NCBI GenBank assembly: GCA_031366795.1
Contig: JANLOX010000028.1
Coordinates: forward strand, 1-13,360
DNA: 13,360 nt
Reading direction: 5' to 3'
Source of the DNA: Candidatus Eiseniibacteriota bacterium
GTDB taxonomy: Bacteria > Eisenbacteria > RBG-16-71-46
Shown here: positions 5,927-13,360 of the stretch, piece by piece
Position numbering within the stretch: position 1 is the first letter of the stretch
How the letters are laid out: every line of letters begins with the position of its first letter
Translations under genes and position numbers: made by a program
The notes under the pieces: generated by a model
Database searches by the model: none
What the model was told of the DNA's origin: nothing
Seen by the model: only the letters and a program-made list of their open reading frames with translations

Positions 5927-8161
5927 TTGGCGAGAGGCCGATTCAAAGGTCGACGCACCAACGGGCCGCCCAGCACGGTGGCCCGTTCGGATTCACCGAC
6001 CACTCCCGCCCCGCGCAAGCCCACGGGGACGCCCTGGCATATCTCCTTGCAGGGCTCCGTCGCTCCCGCCGATGTGTGGCGCGGGCGCTTGCGGCTGCTC
6101 GTGTTTCACCGCGGCACCGAACTCGCGGCCGATGCGCTGACGTCGCGCATGGAGATCGTGCTCGGCGACGCGCTCCGAACCGACGCCGCCGACTCCGCTG
6201 AACGCGAGACCAACGAGCTGCTGCAGCGCGCGGTTCGCGGCCTGCTCGATTGGCGCGAAGAACTCGAACCGGATGTGCATCACGGTTTGTTCTGGGCGCT
6301 GCTGTTCGTGAATTCGGAAGATGCGCCGGCCGTCGCCTACATCGGCGGCGAGCCGCCCGTGCTCACGTGCGACGACGCGCCACTCGCTCCGATCTGGCGC
6401 AGCATGCGCTCAGGGAGCGAGGTGGCCCGCGCGTGTCACCTGCGCGCGGGACGCGCTGAGCGCATCGCGATGAACTGGTCGGGTGCCTCGGCGAAGCGTA
6501 CGGCGAAGGTCGTCGCGCAGTGGCGACGCTGGCGCGAGGACGCGGACGATGTCGAGGACGCGATCTTTACGGGGACTGCGACGGAGTCCGCACACCGGGC
6601 CGCCAAGGCCGCGCCCGACGTCCCGCGCGGCGAGGCGCCCGTCGAAGTCGTCGTCGAGCGTGCGATCCGAATGCCCGAGCCGGTGCGTGTCGCGCCTGCC
6701 CCCGCGCCCACGCCTGCGCCCGCGCCCGCGCGCATGCCAGCTCGCATCAAGCCGATCGACTCCGAGAACGCCACGCCGCAGCACGAGCTCCCACGCAAAA
6801 TCGAGAGCGCCCCCTCGAAGCCAGCGCCCTCGCGGCCGCAGGCGGTGAGCGCCGCAGCGAAGGACACACCGGCGCCAACGCACGCCGTCAGCGTCGCGGC
6901 GCCGGAAGCAGCTCCGCGCGCCGCCAAGCCTGCACCCGAGCGGATGCCGCTTCGCCATCCGCCGGCGATTCGCGCGCTCCGGCGGATGCTTCGCCATTCG
7001 CACGGTCGCGTAGGCCTCGGTGTCACCACCGCCGCCGCGCTGATGTTGCTGTTCGGCTTCGGCCGGATGATCGGGACTTCGACCGAGGTGGCGTCGCCCA
7101 TCGTGTCCGTCCTCTCGCCGACCCAGCGCACACTGTCCAGCCTCGGGCTCGGAGCGGGACGATTCGTGTGCGCCGTCGAGAGCGACCCACCCGGCAGCCA
7201 GATCGCGGTCGATGGCAAGAGTCTCGGAGTCGCGACGCCGATGCGCGTCGAGCTTGCCCCCGGCTCACACAGGATCAGCCTGAGCCTGGCGCGCTACGGC
7301 TCGCGTACGCTCGAAGTGAGCGGCAAGCCGAATGAACAGGTGCCGCTGCAAGTCGGGCTCTATGGCACCATCCAGGTCCGGCTGCCCAAGCGTGACCTGA
7401 CTCCCGTGCGTGTCTCGGTCGACGGCGAAGACCGCGGGCTCGCGCCGCTGCTCGTCGACCATCTGTCCCCGGGGCCCCACGAGTTGGAATTCTCGGCGGA
7501 CTCACAGGAGCCGTGGGCGAAGATCGTGGACGTGCGCGTCGGCGACGTGACCGAAGTCACGGTTCGCCCGTTCAAGGCGCCGACCGAGGGCATCCTCGTG
7601 GTCGACGCCACGGTGGAGAATGATGAGGGCGGTTCGACGGCGCACGCACAGGTGTGGCTGGACGGCAAGTCGGTCGGGCGCACGCCGCTCTCGCTGACAT
7701 TGCCCCGCGGTCCGCACAGTGTGCGCGGCGTGCTCGGTGGCGAGCAGAGCCCGGTGCAGGTCATCGACCTGCCCGGTGGCAACCAGCGCTTCGCGAGCCT
7801 GCGCTTCGGCGCGCGGTCACCCGCACCGCAACTCGCGCTGACCGTGGCGGGCTCACGGCCCAGCGGCTCGCTGTCGGTGAAGGGCACGTTGCGCGGAGTG
7901 AAGGCGCTCGAGCTCTCGTCGATGTGGCTGTTCGTGCAGCGCGCGGATGGCCGCTGGAGTCGCATCGCATTGGAGACCTCACCGTCGCCCGAAGGCGCCG
8001 TCGGCGTCGGCGAGATTCAGGCGCCGGCCAAGTCATCGGGAACTGCGCCGCGCATGTACTTGAGCGCGTTGCGGGTCACGGGTGAAGAGTACTTCACCGA
8101 GATCGGGGCTCCCGAGGTGCAGGCGCGCAATGCGTCGCGCCTGATGGGCTCGATTCCCTGA
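5927..8161 (+). CDS. PEGA domain-containing single-pass membrane protein with Pro/Ala-rich linker (paralog B)
   Basis: GGAGG SD at 5912-5916, TTG start, 744 aa. TM VGLGVTTAAALMLLFGFG, three PEGA-like domains (VESDPPGSQIAVDG..ATP..PGSH; VSVDGEDRGLAP..PGPHEL; VWLDGKSVGRTPLSLTLPRGPHSV) and a beta-rich C-terminal domain. Confidence 0.88.
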   Translation: MARGRFKGRRTNGPPSTVARSDSPTTPAPRKPTGTPWHISLQGSVAPADVWRGRLRLLVFHRGTELAADALTSRMEIVLGDALRTDAADSAERETNELLQRAVRGLLDWREELEPDVHHGLFWALLFVNSEDAPAVAYIGGEPPVLTCDDAPLAPIWRSMRSGSEVARACHLRAGRAERIAMNWSGASAKRTAKVVAQWRRWREDADDVEDAIFTGTATESAHRAAKAAPDVPRGEAPVEVVVERAIRMPEPVRVAPAPAPTPAPAPARMPARIKPIDSENATPQHELPRKIESAPSKPAPSRPQAVSAAAKDTPAPTHAVSVAAPEAAPRAAKPAPERMPLRHPPAIRALRRMLRHSHGRVGLGVTTAAALMLLFGFGRMIGTSTEVASPIVSVLSPTQRTLSSLGLGAGRFVCAVESDPPGSQIAVDGKSLGVATPMRVELAPGSHRISLSLARYGSRTLEVSGKPNEQVPLQVGLYGTIQVRLPKRDLTPVRVSVDGEDRGLAPLLVDHLSPGPHELEFSADSQEPWAKIVDVRVGDVTEVTVRPFKAPTEGILVVDATVENDEGGSTAHAQVWLDGKSVGRTPLSLTLPRGPHSVRGVLGGEQSPVQVIDLPGGNQRFASLRFGARSPAPQLALTVAGSRPSGSLSVKGTLRGVKALELSSMWLFVQRADGRWSRIALETSPSPEGAVGVGEIQAPAKSSGTAPRMYLSALRVTGEEYFTEIGAPEVQARNASRLMGSIP

Positions 8162-8226
8162 ACCCGGGGTGAGCTCCCCCTGCGTTGCGGCGGTCGATCA
8201 GCCCGCGCTCGAAACTCACGCTAAAA

Positions 8227-8302
8227 TGGTGGAGCTGAACGGGATCGAACCGTTGACCTCCTGACTGCCAGCCAGGCGCTCTCCCAACTGAGCTACAGCC
8301 CC
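8227..8302 (-). tRNA. tRNA-Ala (anticodon GGC)
   Basis: Reverse complement GGGGCTGTAGCTCAGTTGGGAGAGCGCCTGGCTGGCAGTCAGGAGGTCAACGGTTCGATCCCGTTCAGCTCCACCA. 76 nt cloverleaf with the G3:U70 Ala identity pair and encoded CCA. Confidence 0.98.
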
Positions 8303-8324
8303 ACTCAACAAATTAGCGGCCCAT

Positions 8325-8354
8325 TTTGTATCACAGTGGCCCCCCCCGGCTCAA
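8325..8354 (-). promoter_or_regulatory. Possible sigma70-type promoter for tRNA-Ala
   Basis: TTGAGC-N18-TACAAA with TG extension, about 22 nt upstream of the tRNA. The last -10 base is not the conserved T. Confidence 0.35.
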
Positions 8355-8383
8355 CCGAGTGCCCGGCGGGCGCGCCGAATGGC

Positions 8384-10510
8384 CTAATCGGGCAGACTCT
8401 CCGGGTCGACGACACCCCGTGGAATGGAAGCCCGCAGCATGTGTTCGAGCCCATGCGCCTCGGCGTCATCCGCGGCCACCTTCCCTCCCATCTGGAAGTA
8501 CATTCCAAACGACTTGAGCGCCTCGAGCGGCCGTTCGCGGTCCATCTGCACCATTGCCCAGCGGCGCCACGCATAGGCGTCGCGGGGCGCCAACTCACGC
8601 GCCGCGAAAGCTTCGATCGCGGCGTCGGGATTGCGACGCTGCGCGATCAACATCAGGTCCGCGAGCAGCCCATGGCTCGCCCCATCGAGCACGTGCTCGC
8701 GCACACCTTGCCGCGCCAGCGCGAGTGCTGTCGCCGAGTCGCCGGCGGCAAGTCGCGTTGTGGCGGCATCACGCGTCGCCGCCGGCCCGCGCGACATTGC
8801 GTAGCCGTGCGACGCGAACCAGGCGTAGGCGCGCGCGGTGTCGCCCGCCGCGTAGTGTGTCCACGCCTGCCAGTAGCCGACACGCGCGTCATTGGGCTGG
8901 CGTGTCGCCGCAACCTCGAGCGCATCGCTCGCCCCCTTCGCCTGCTCGCTGATGATCATGCCGAAGGCCACGCGCAGGAACAGGTCGTCGCCGTGTTCCA
9001 TCTCGCGCAGCGTATCGCCCGAGCCCAGGAAAAACAGCAGCGGCCCGGGCCGCGCCGTCTCCTTGGAGAACATGTTCATGTAGTAGGCGCGCAGGCTGGT
9101 GTCGCGATATGCCCAGCGCAACAAAGGGCCGTTGCCACGTTGGAACGCCACGTTGCTCTTGAGCCCACCGAAATAAACCGTGCTCCCCTGCGGCAACTTC
9201 GGGTAGGCGCGCTTGAGCGATGCAAGGTAGGTGTCGGTGATCTGGTTCGAGCGATCGAGGTAGGACGCGTTGATGTGCGACAGTGGCGTCCACGCGTCGC
9301 GGCCCTGGCCAAAGTCGGGCAGCGCGCGCGCGTTCGCCGAGCCCCACGCCGCGAGCGCCAGCACGATCGCCGCGACCGCCACGGGCGCGCGAGCGAGCAA
9401 CACACCCGCCAGCAGCGCCACGCCGCAGATGGCGAACAGGTAGTAGTAGGCGCTCCACAGCAGCGCCACCGCGATCACGGGTGCCGTCGCCACGGCGACC
9501 CACACGCAGCCGGTGAGCAACGTGCGGCGCGTCGAGATCGCAGCGGCGGCGCGCTCGGCTGACGTCGCGGGCACTGCTTCCGTGGAACGCGCGCGCCACG
9601 TTACCGCGAGAGCGGCAACCGCCAGCGCGACGGGGAGCAGCGGCGGTGCAGAGTGCGGGATCGTGCCGAAGTGCCCGGACAGCCACTCGAGCCCGGGGAT
9701 CACCTGCAGCAGGTGCGCGAGCGCCGCGAGTGGGCTGCGCACCAGGTCGAACTCAACTTCAGTCGCCTGCGCCTGGCGCGTGTGCGGCATGGCGAGCGAG
9801 ATGGCGCCCCACACCACGACCGCGAGCGCTAGCGGCAAGGCGCGCCGCGCGGTGGCACGCCACGATTCACTGCTACGATGATCGGCGACGACTGCGATCA
9901 ATGGCGTCAGCAGAATGACTTCCTTGGACAGCGCCGCGAACAGCATCGCCGCGCCGGCCCAATTGCGGCGCCCCGACAGGTGCAGCAGCAATGCTGCGAG
10001 CGCGCCGGTGACCGCGAGCAATTCCTGGCTGCCGCACGCCCAGCGCACTGGGATGTCCGCGGCGTAGTGAAGTGCCAGGAATGCCGCAGCGAAGATCCCG
10101 GCGCGACTGCCTGCCATGCGGCGGACGAGCGCGAACAGCAGCGTGACGACTCCGAGCAGTGTCGCGAGATTGCCGACACGGAACGCGACGGGCGACTCGT
10201 GCGTCAAGCCCGCCACGATCCAGAAGTACAACTGACGGCTGACCGGCCGGAAGAAGTTGCTCAGCGGATCAGGCGCGCGCAGCGACTCGAGTAGCGAGCG
10301 GCCGCGCACCTGGTCGAGGAACAGGAAGTCGTCCGCGAAGAACCCTGTCTTAAGCGCAGGCCAATACAGCACCACCGTGCCGATCAAGACCAGCGCCAGC
10401 GCCAGCCACACGGATCTCGCAGGCAGCGTGGCCGCCGGCTGAAGCGCCGCCGCCGTCATTGGCGCCACAGCGCGCGCGCGGTGGGATCGCTTGTCGCGTC
10501 GGCCGCTCAT
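8384..10510 (-). CDS. GT-C fold membrane glycosyltransferase (PMT/TMTC-like) with C-terminal TPR-like helical region
   Basis: 708 aa polytopic protein. After the first TM: YWPAL...FFADDF, FFRPV, AF...NL, LALH...V.W, LSKE, all typical of GT39/TMTC-like enzymes. The Ala-rich C-terminus has TPR-like elements (QPNDARVGYW, LAPRDAYAWRRWA). Confidence 0.85.
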   Translation of the reverse strand: MSGRRDKRSHRARAVAPMTAAALQPAATLPARSVWLALALVLIGTVVLYWPALKTGFFADDFLFLDQVRGRSLLESLRAPDPLSNFFRPVSRQLYFWIVAGLTHESPVAFRVGNLATLLGVVTLLFALVRRMAGSRAGIFAAAFLALHYAADIPVRWACGSQELLAVTGALAALLLHLSGRRNWAGAAMLFAALSKEVILLTPLIAVVADHRSSESWRATARRALPLALAVVVWGAISLAMPHTRQAQATEVEFDLVRSPLAALAHLLQVIPGLEWLSGHFGTIPHSAPPLLPVALAVAALAVTWRARSTEAVPATSAERAAAAISTRRTLLTGCVWVAVATAPVIAVALLWSAYYYLFAICGVALLAGVLLARAPVAVAAIVLALAAWGSANARALPDFGQGRDAWTPLSHINASYLDRSNQITDTYLASLKRAYPKLPQGSTVYFGGLKSNVAFQRGNGPLLRWAYRDTSLRAYYMNMFSKETARPGPLLFFLGSGDTLREMEHGDDLFLRVAFGMIISEQAKGASDALEVAATRQPNDARVGYWQAWTHYAAGDTARAYAWFASHGYAMSRGPAATRDAATTRLAAGDSATALALARQGVREHVLDGASHGLLADLMLIAQRRNPDAAIEAFAARELAPRDAYAWRRWAMVQMDRERPLEALKSFGMYFQMGGKVAADDAEAHGLEHMLRASIPRGVVDPESLPD

Positions 10511-10515
10511 GCGCG

Positions 10516-12075
10516 CTAGAAGATGCTCCGGCTCCGGCTGCTGCGGCGCGCAGGCGTGCCCAGCATGGCGCCCATCAGCCCACGTAGGATCGTCGTCGTC
10601 GCGCGACCCGCGATCGTCTTGACGATCGGCGAGTTGAGCGCGCCCGCGAGTCCATCGAGAACGTTGGGTGCCGGCGCCGCCTTCTCGTCCGCCGCCACCT
10701 GCTTCGCATCGCCGCCGTTGCCGCCGGCATCCTTCGTCATCCGTGCCGCGAGCAGCTCTCGCGCGCTCTCGCGATCGATCGCCTGCGCGTACTCCTTCAC
10801 CTGCGCCGAGGACGCCAGCCGCTGCGCCATCTCGGCGTCGGTCAGCGGGCCCATGCGCGAAGCCGGCGGCACCATGCGCGTCACGAACGGCGGCGTCGGC
10901 GCACCGCTCGGCGTCAGCACGGTAACGAGCGCCTCGCCGATGCCGGCCGAGGTCAGCGTGGATTCGATGTCGTAGAACGGCGTCTTGGGGAACGTGCGCG
11001 CCGCCGCGGCGAGCGCCTTCTGGTCATCCGGTGTGAAGGCGCGCAACGCGTGCTGCACGCGATTGCCGAGCTGGCCCAGGATGTCCGCCGGAATGTCCTT
11101 CGGGCTCTGCGTGATGAAGAACACGCCCACGCCCTTCGAGCGAATCAGCCGCACGACTTGCTCGACTTGAGTGAGGAAGTCCTTGCTCGCGCCATCGAAT
11201 AGCAGGTGCGCTTCGTCGAAGAAAAACACCAGCTTCGGCTTGTCGATGTCGCCCACTTCGGGCAGTTGGTGGTACAGGCTCGCGAGCATCCACATCATGA
11301 ATGTCGAGAACAGCGCAGGCTTCTCCTGCGTGTCCTGCAATTCGAGCACGCTGACCAGCCCGCGGCCATCGCGCTCGTTCTGCATCAGGTCCGACAGTTC
11401 GAAGGCCGGCTCGCCGAAGAATTTGCCCGCGCCCTGCTGCTCGAGCTCGACCATCTCGCGCAGCAACACGCCGACAGTAGCCTTGGACATCCCGCCGTAA
11501 TCCTTGAGGTCCGCAGCCCCTTCGTCCGTCAGGTACTGCAACACCGCGCGCAGGTCCGCAAAGTCGAGCAGCGCGAGCTTCTTGTCGTCGCAATACTTGA
11601 ACACCAGCGACAGCACGCTCGTCTGTGTGTCGTTCAGGCCCAGCACCTTCGCGAGCAGCAGCGGCCCGAACGATGAGACCGTCGCGCGCAACTGCGCACC
11701 GCGCGCACCCGTCAGGCTCAGGTATTCGACCGGGCACGGCGCCGCCTGCCAGTTCCACCCCGTGTCCTTAGCGCGCTGCGTGATCTTGTCATTCGGCGTG
11801 CCCGATACGCCGACGCCTGAGACATCTCCCTTGATGTCAGCGACGAACACCGGCACACCGGCAGCTGACAGCTGCTCGGTCATCAACTGGAGCGTCTTGG
11901 TCTTCCCCGTGCCCGTGGCTCCCGCGATCAGGCCGTGGCGGTTGAGCATCGCCAACGAGACGCGCACGAGCGGCTCGGGGTGGCACTCGCCGGCAAGCAC
12001 CGGGGCGCCCAAAGTGATCGTGGCATCGGAGGCGGGGAAAGCGGACTTCACTGCGGCGATGAACTTCTCATCCAT
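10516..12075 (-). CDS. yjgR: DUF853 / YjgR family HerA-like P-loop ATPase
   Basis: NRHGLIAGATGTGKTKTLQ (Walker A), VFVADIKGD, KPKLVFFFDEAHLLF (Walker B), RLIRSKGVGVFFITQSP, QLGNRVQHALRAFTP. GAGGAG SD upstream of the ATG. Confidence 0.95.
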   Translation of the reverse strand: MDEKFIAAVKSAFPASDATITLGAPVLAGECHPEPLVRVSLAMLNRHGLIAGATGTGKTKTLQLMTEQLSAAGVPVFVADIKGDVSGVGVSGTPNDKITQRAKDTGWNWQAAPCPVEYLSLTGARGAQLRATVSSFGPLLLAKVLGLNDTQTSVLSLVFKYCDDKKLALLDFADLRAVLQYLTDEGAADLKDYGGMSKATVGVLLREMVELEQQGAGKFFGEPAFELSDLMQNERDGRGLVSVLELQDTQEKPALFSTFMMWMLASLYHQLPEVGDIDKPKLVFFFDEAHLLFDGASKDFLTQVEQVVRLIRSKGVGVFFITQSPKDIPADILGQLGNRVQHALRAFTPDDQKALAAAARTFPKTPFYDIESTLTSAGIGEALVTVLTPSGAPTPPFVTRMVPPASRMGPLTDAEMAQRLASSAQVKEYAQAIDRESARELLAARMTKDAGGNGGDAKQVAADEKAAPAPNVLDGLAGALNSPIVKTIAGRATTTILRGLMGAMLGTPARRSSRSRSIF

Positions 12076-12170
12076 GGCGTCGGTCTCCTCGGGGCAAACG
12101 GGTTGCGCGCGATGCTACCGAGGATTGGGCCGGGCCGCCAGACAGCGACCGGGATGGCTATGGGGCCGCG

Positions 12171-12746
12171 TTACTGCTTGAGCATCCGCAGGGTGACCTT
12201 CGCCTCGTCAGTCCGCGAGCGCGCGACGACGCGAACGTGATCGAGCTTGCGGCCTTCGCCGAAATCGACCATCGAGTAGAGCCCCGGTGCGCACGTCCGC
12301 TCACCGAAATCCACCACCTGCGTCTCGCCCTTATCGAACACGAGCTCCGCCCAATCGAACTGGACCTTGCCCGCGGGGATCTCGAGCATCATGAGCTTGC
12401 CCTGGGCGTCCGCGGCGAGCGTGAACTCGGTCCAGTCCTCGCTGCGTGAGAGGATTTCGCCATCTTCCCAGGTCACGAGGTCACGCGACGGCGTCGTCGC
12501 CGCGGAAATAGTGGCGCCCGCGAAGGACGAAGCCGGCAGGTACGTTGCGGGGCTCACGCTCACGTCGGAACGCGGCGCGTGCACCAGCACCGATCGCGCG
12601 GGGCGCGACAACGGCCAGCCCTCGCCCAATTCGACCCTCGTGCGCCGCTGCGCCGTGGTGGGCACGACGTGGCGTGCGTCGGCTGCTGAATAGGCGTACT
12701 GCACACCCAATACGACGAACATTAAACTCAGGGCAAGGCGCCTCAT
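12171..12746 (-). CDS. Secreted hypothetical protein with beta-rich C-terminal domain
   Basis: GGAGG SD, ATG, signal peptide MRRLALSLMFVVLGVQYAYSAADA, 191 aa. A homologous fragment lies just upstream, which supports a real gene family. Confidence 0.85.
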   Translation of the reverse strand: MRRLALSLMFVVLGVQYAYSAADARHVVPTTAQRRTRVELGEGWPLSRPARSVLVHAPRSDVSVSPATYLPASSFAGATISAATTPSRDLVTWEDGEILSRSEDWTEFTLAADAQGKLMMLEIPAGKVQFDWAELVFDKGETQVVDFGERTCAPGLYSMVDFGEGRKLDHVRVVARSRTDEAKVTLRMLKQ

Positions 12747-12833
12747 GACTGACCTCCGCGTCAGCTTCTGAATCCAACCGGTCTCGAGGGAAACGGGTCG
12801 CCGAGGGAAGGCGCCTTTCGTTGCTCAACTGTA

Positions 12834-12864
12834 ATTGTATGCCCTACGCCAACGCCACGGGCAA
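12834..12864 (-). promoter_or_regulatory. Possible sigma70-type promoter for the 12746 gene
   Basis: TTGCCC-N19-TACAAT on the minus strand. Good -10, long spacer. Confidence 0.35.
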
Positions 12865-12892
12865 GCCAAGCCTATGGCAAATCGTGCGTCCG

Positions 12893-13041
12893 CTACTCCT
12901 TTTGCACGCGCAATATCACCCGAACATCGTCCGACTTGGCCCTGGCGAGGACCCAACATGGTCGACCTTGCGGCCGTCCTTGAAGTCGAGTAACGAGTAG
13001 TGCCCCGGCCCCTGCGACTTCTCGCCGAAATCGACGATCTG
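12893..13041 (-). pseudogene. 5'-truncated, frameshifted paralog of the 12171..12746 gene
   Basis: QIVDFGEKSQGPGHYSLLDFKDGRKVDHV, then a 1-nt deletion near 12954, then VLARAKSDDVRVILRVQKE*. This aligns colinearly with QVVDFGERTCAPGLYSMVDFGEGRKLDHVRVVARSRTDEAKVTLRMLKQ*. Confidence 0.85.
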
Positions 13042-13088
13042 GTGAAATTTACGTTGACGCGTCCACGGCGAGGCATTGCGCCGCCGAA

Positions 13089-13117
13089 TTGATGCGAATC
13101 CAGCCGTCTGGTAGCGT
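13089..13117 (+). promoter_or_regulatory. sigma70-type promoter of tRNA-Leu
   Basis: TTGATG (13089-13094), 17-nt spacer, TAGCGT (13112-13117) with extended -10 TG at 13109-13110, 18 nt upstream of the tRNA. Confidence 0.6.
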
Positions 13118-13135
13118 CCGCCCTCCTCCTTAAGT

Positions 13136-13224
13136 GCCGGAGTGGCGGAACTGGCAGACGCACCGGACTCAAAATCCGGAGTCTCGAAAGGGGCGTGGGG
13201 GTTCGACCCCCCCCTCCGGCACCA
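13136..13224 (+). tRNA. tRNA-Leu (anticodon CAA)
   Basis: GCCGGAG acceptor pairs with CTCCGGC, followed by A-CCA. Anticodon arm CCGGA-CTCAAAA-TCCGG, long variable arm GTCTC-GAAA-GGGGC, T arm GGGGG-TTCGACC-CCCCC. Confidence 0.98.
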
Positions 13225-13299
13225 AGTTGCAACGAGTTGCGGGATCGCTCGCATCCGCGCGGCCGGCGTCATCCGCGCTTTGTGCTCAGAGTGTGCTCA
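13225..13299. mobile_element. Putative attachment-site flank of a tyrosine-integrase element inserted at tRNA-Leu
   Basis: IHF-like TTGCAAcgagTTG (13227-13239) directly after the CCA, and direct repeat TGTGCTCA at 13281-13288 and 13292-13299 (arm-type site spacing). No integrase is visible in the window. Confidence 0.5.
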
Positions 13300-13360
13300 T
13301 TCTCCGCGGAGCTCGAAACGGCGATCGGCATCACGCGACGCTGCTCGACCGGAGTCGCCA

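Noticed and set aside
5017..6024. 335-aa minus-strand ORF
   Set aside because: Antisense to the 287-aa gene, which has the SD, codon bias and globular sequence.
8162..8302. tRNA-Ala as the integration site for the PEGA cassette
   Set aside because: No duplicate of the tRNA-Ala 3' end and no integrase seen in the window.
8336..9562. 408-aa plus-strand ORF
   Set aside because: Shadow of the glycosyltransferase gene.
10516..12075. HerA-like ATPase as part of an anti-phage system (e.g. Sir2-HerA or NurA-HerA)
   Set aside because: Motifs match the widespread stand-alone DUF853/YjgR family, and no nuclease or Sir2 partner is adjacent.
12825..13272. ORFs 12825..13232 and 12916..13272
   Set aside because: They run antisense through tRNA-Leu; only the 12893-13041 segment has protein homology.

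Overview
High-GC bacterial chromosomal window. From left to right: (1) the 5' part of a minus-strand secreted protein gene that runs off the left edge and is missing from the ORF track; (2) a collapsed YfhO-family membrane-protein pseudogene; (3) a divergent three-gene unit in which two paralogous single-pass membrane PEGA-domain proteins (shared unnamed N-terminal domain, very different low-complexity linkers) flank a small internally repetitive protein with an Asn-rich tail; (4) tRNA-Ala(GGC); (5) a tightly coupled pair, a DUF853/YjgR HerA-like ATPase followed by a GT-C type glycosyltransferase with a TPR-like tail; (6) a small secreted protein and a truncated, frameshifted copy of its 3' end; (7) tRNA-Leu(CAA) with a clear sigma70-type promoter, followed by an IHF-like site and an 8-bp direct repeat that suggest the boundary of an integrated element continuing beyond the window. 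No CRISPR array, rRNA or transposase was seen. Family assignments come from motif recognition by eye, not database searches.
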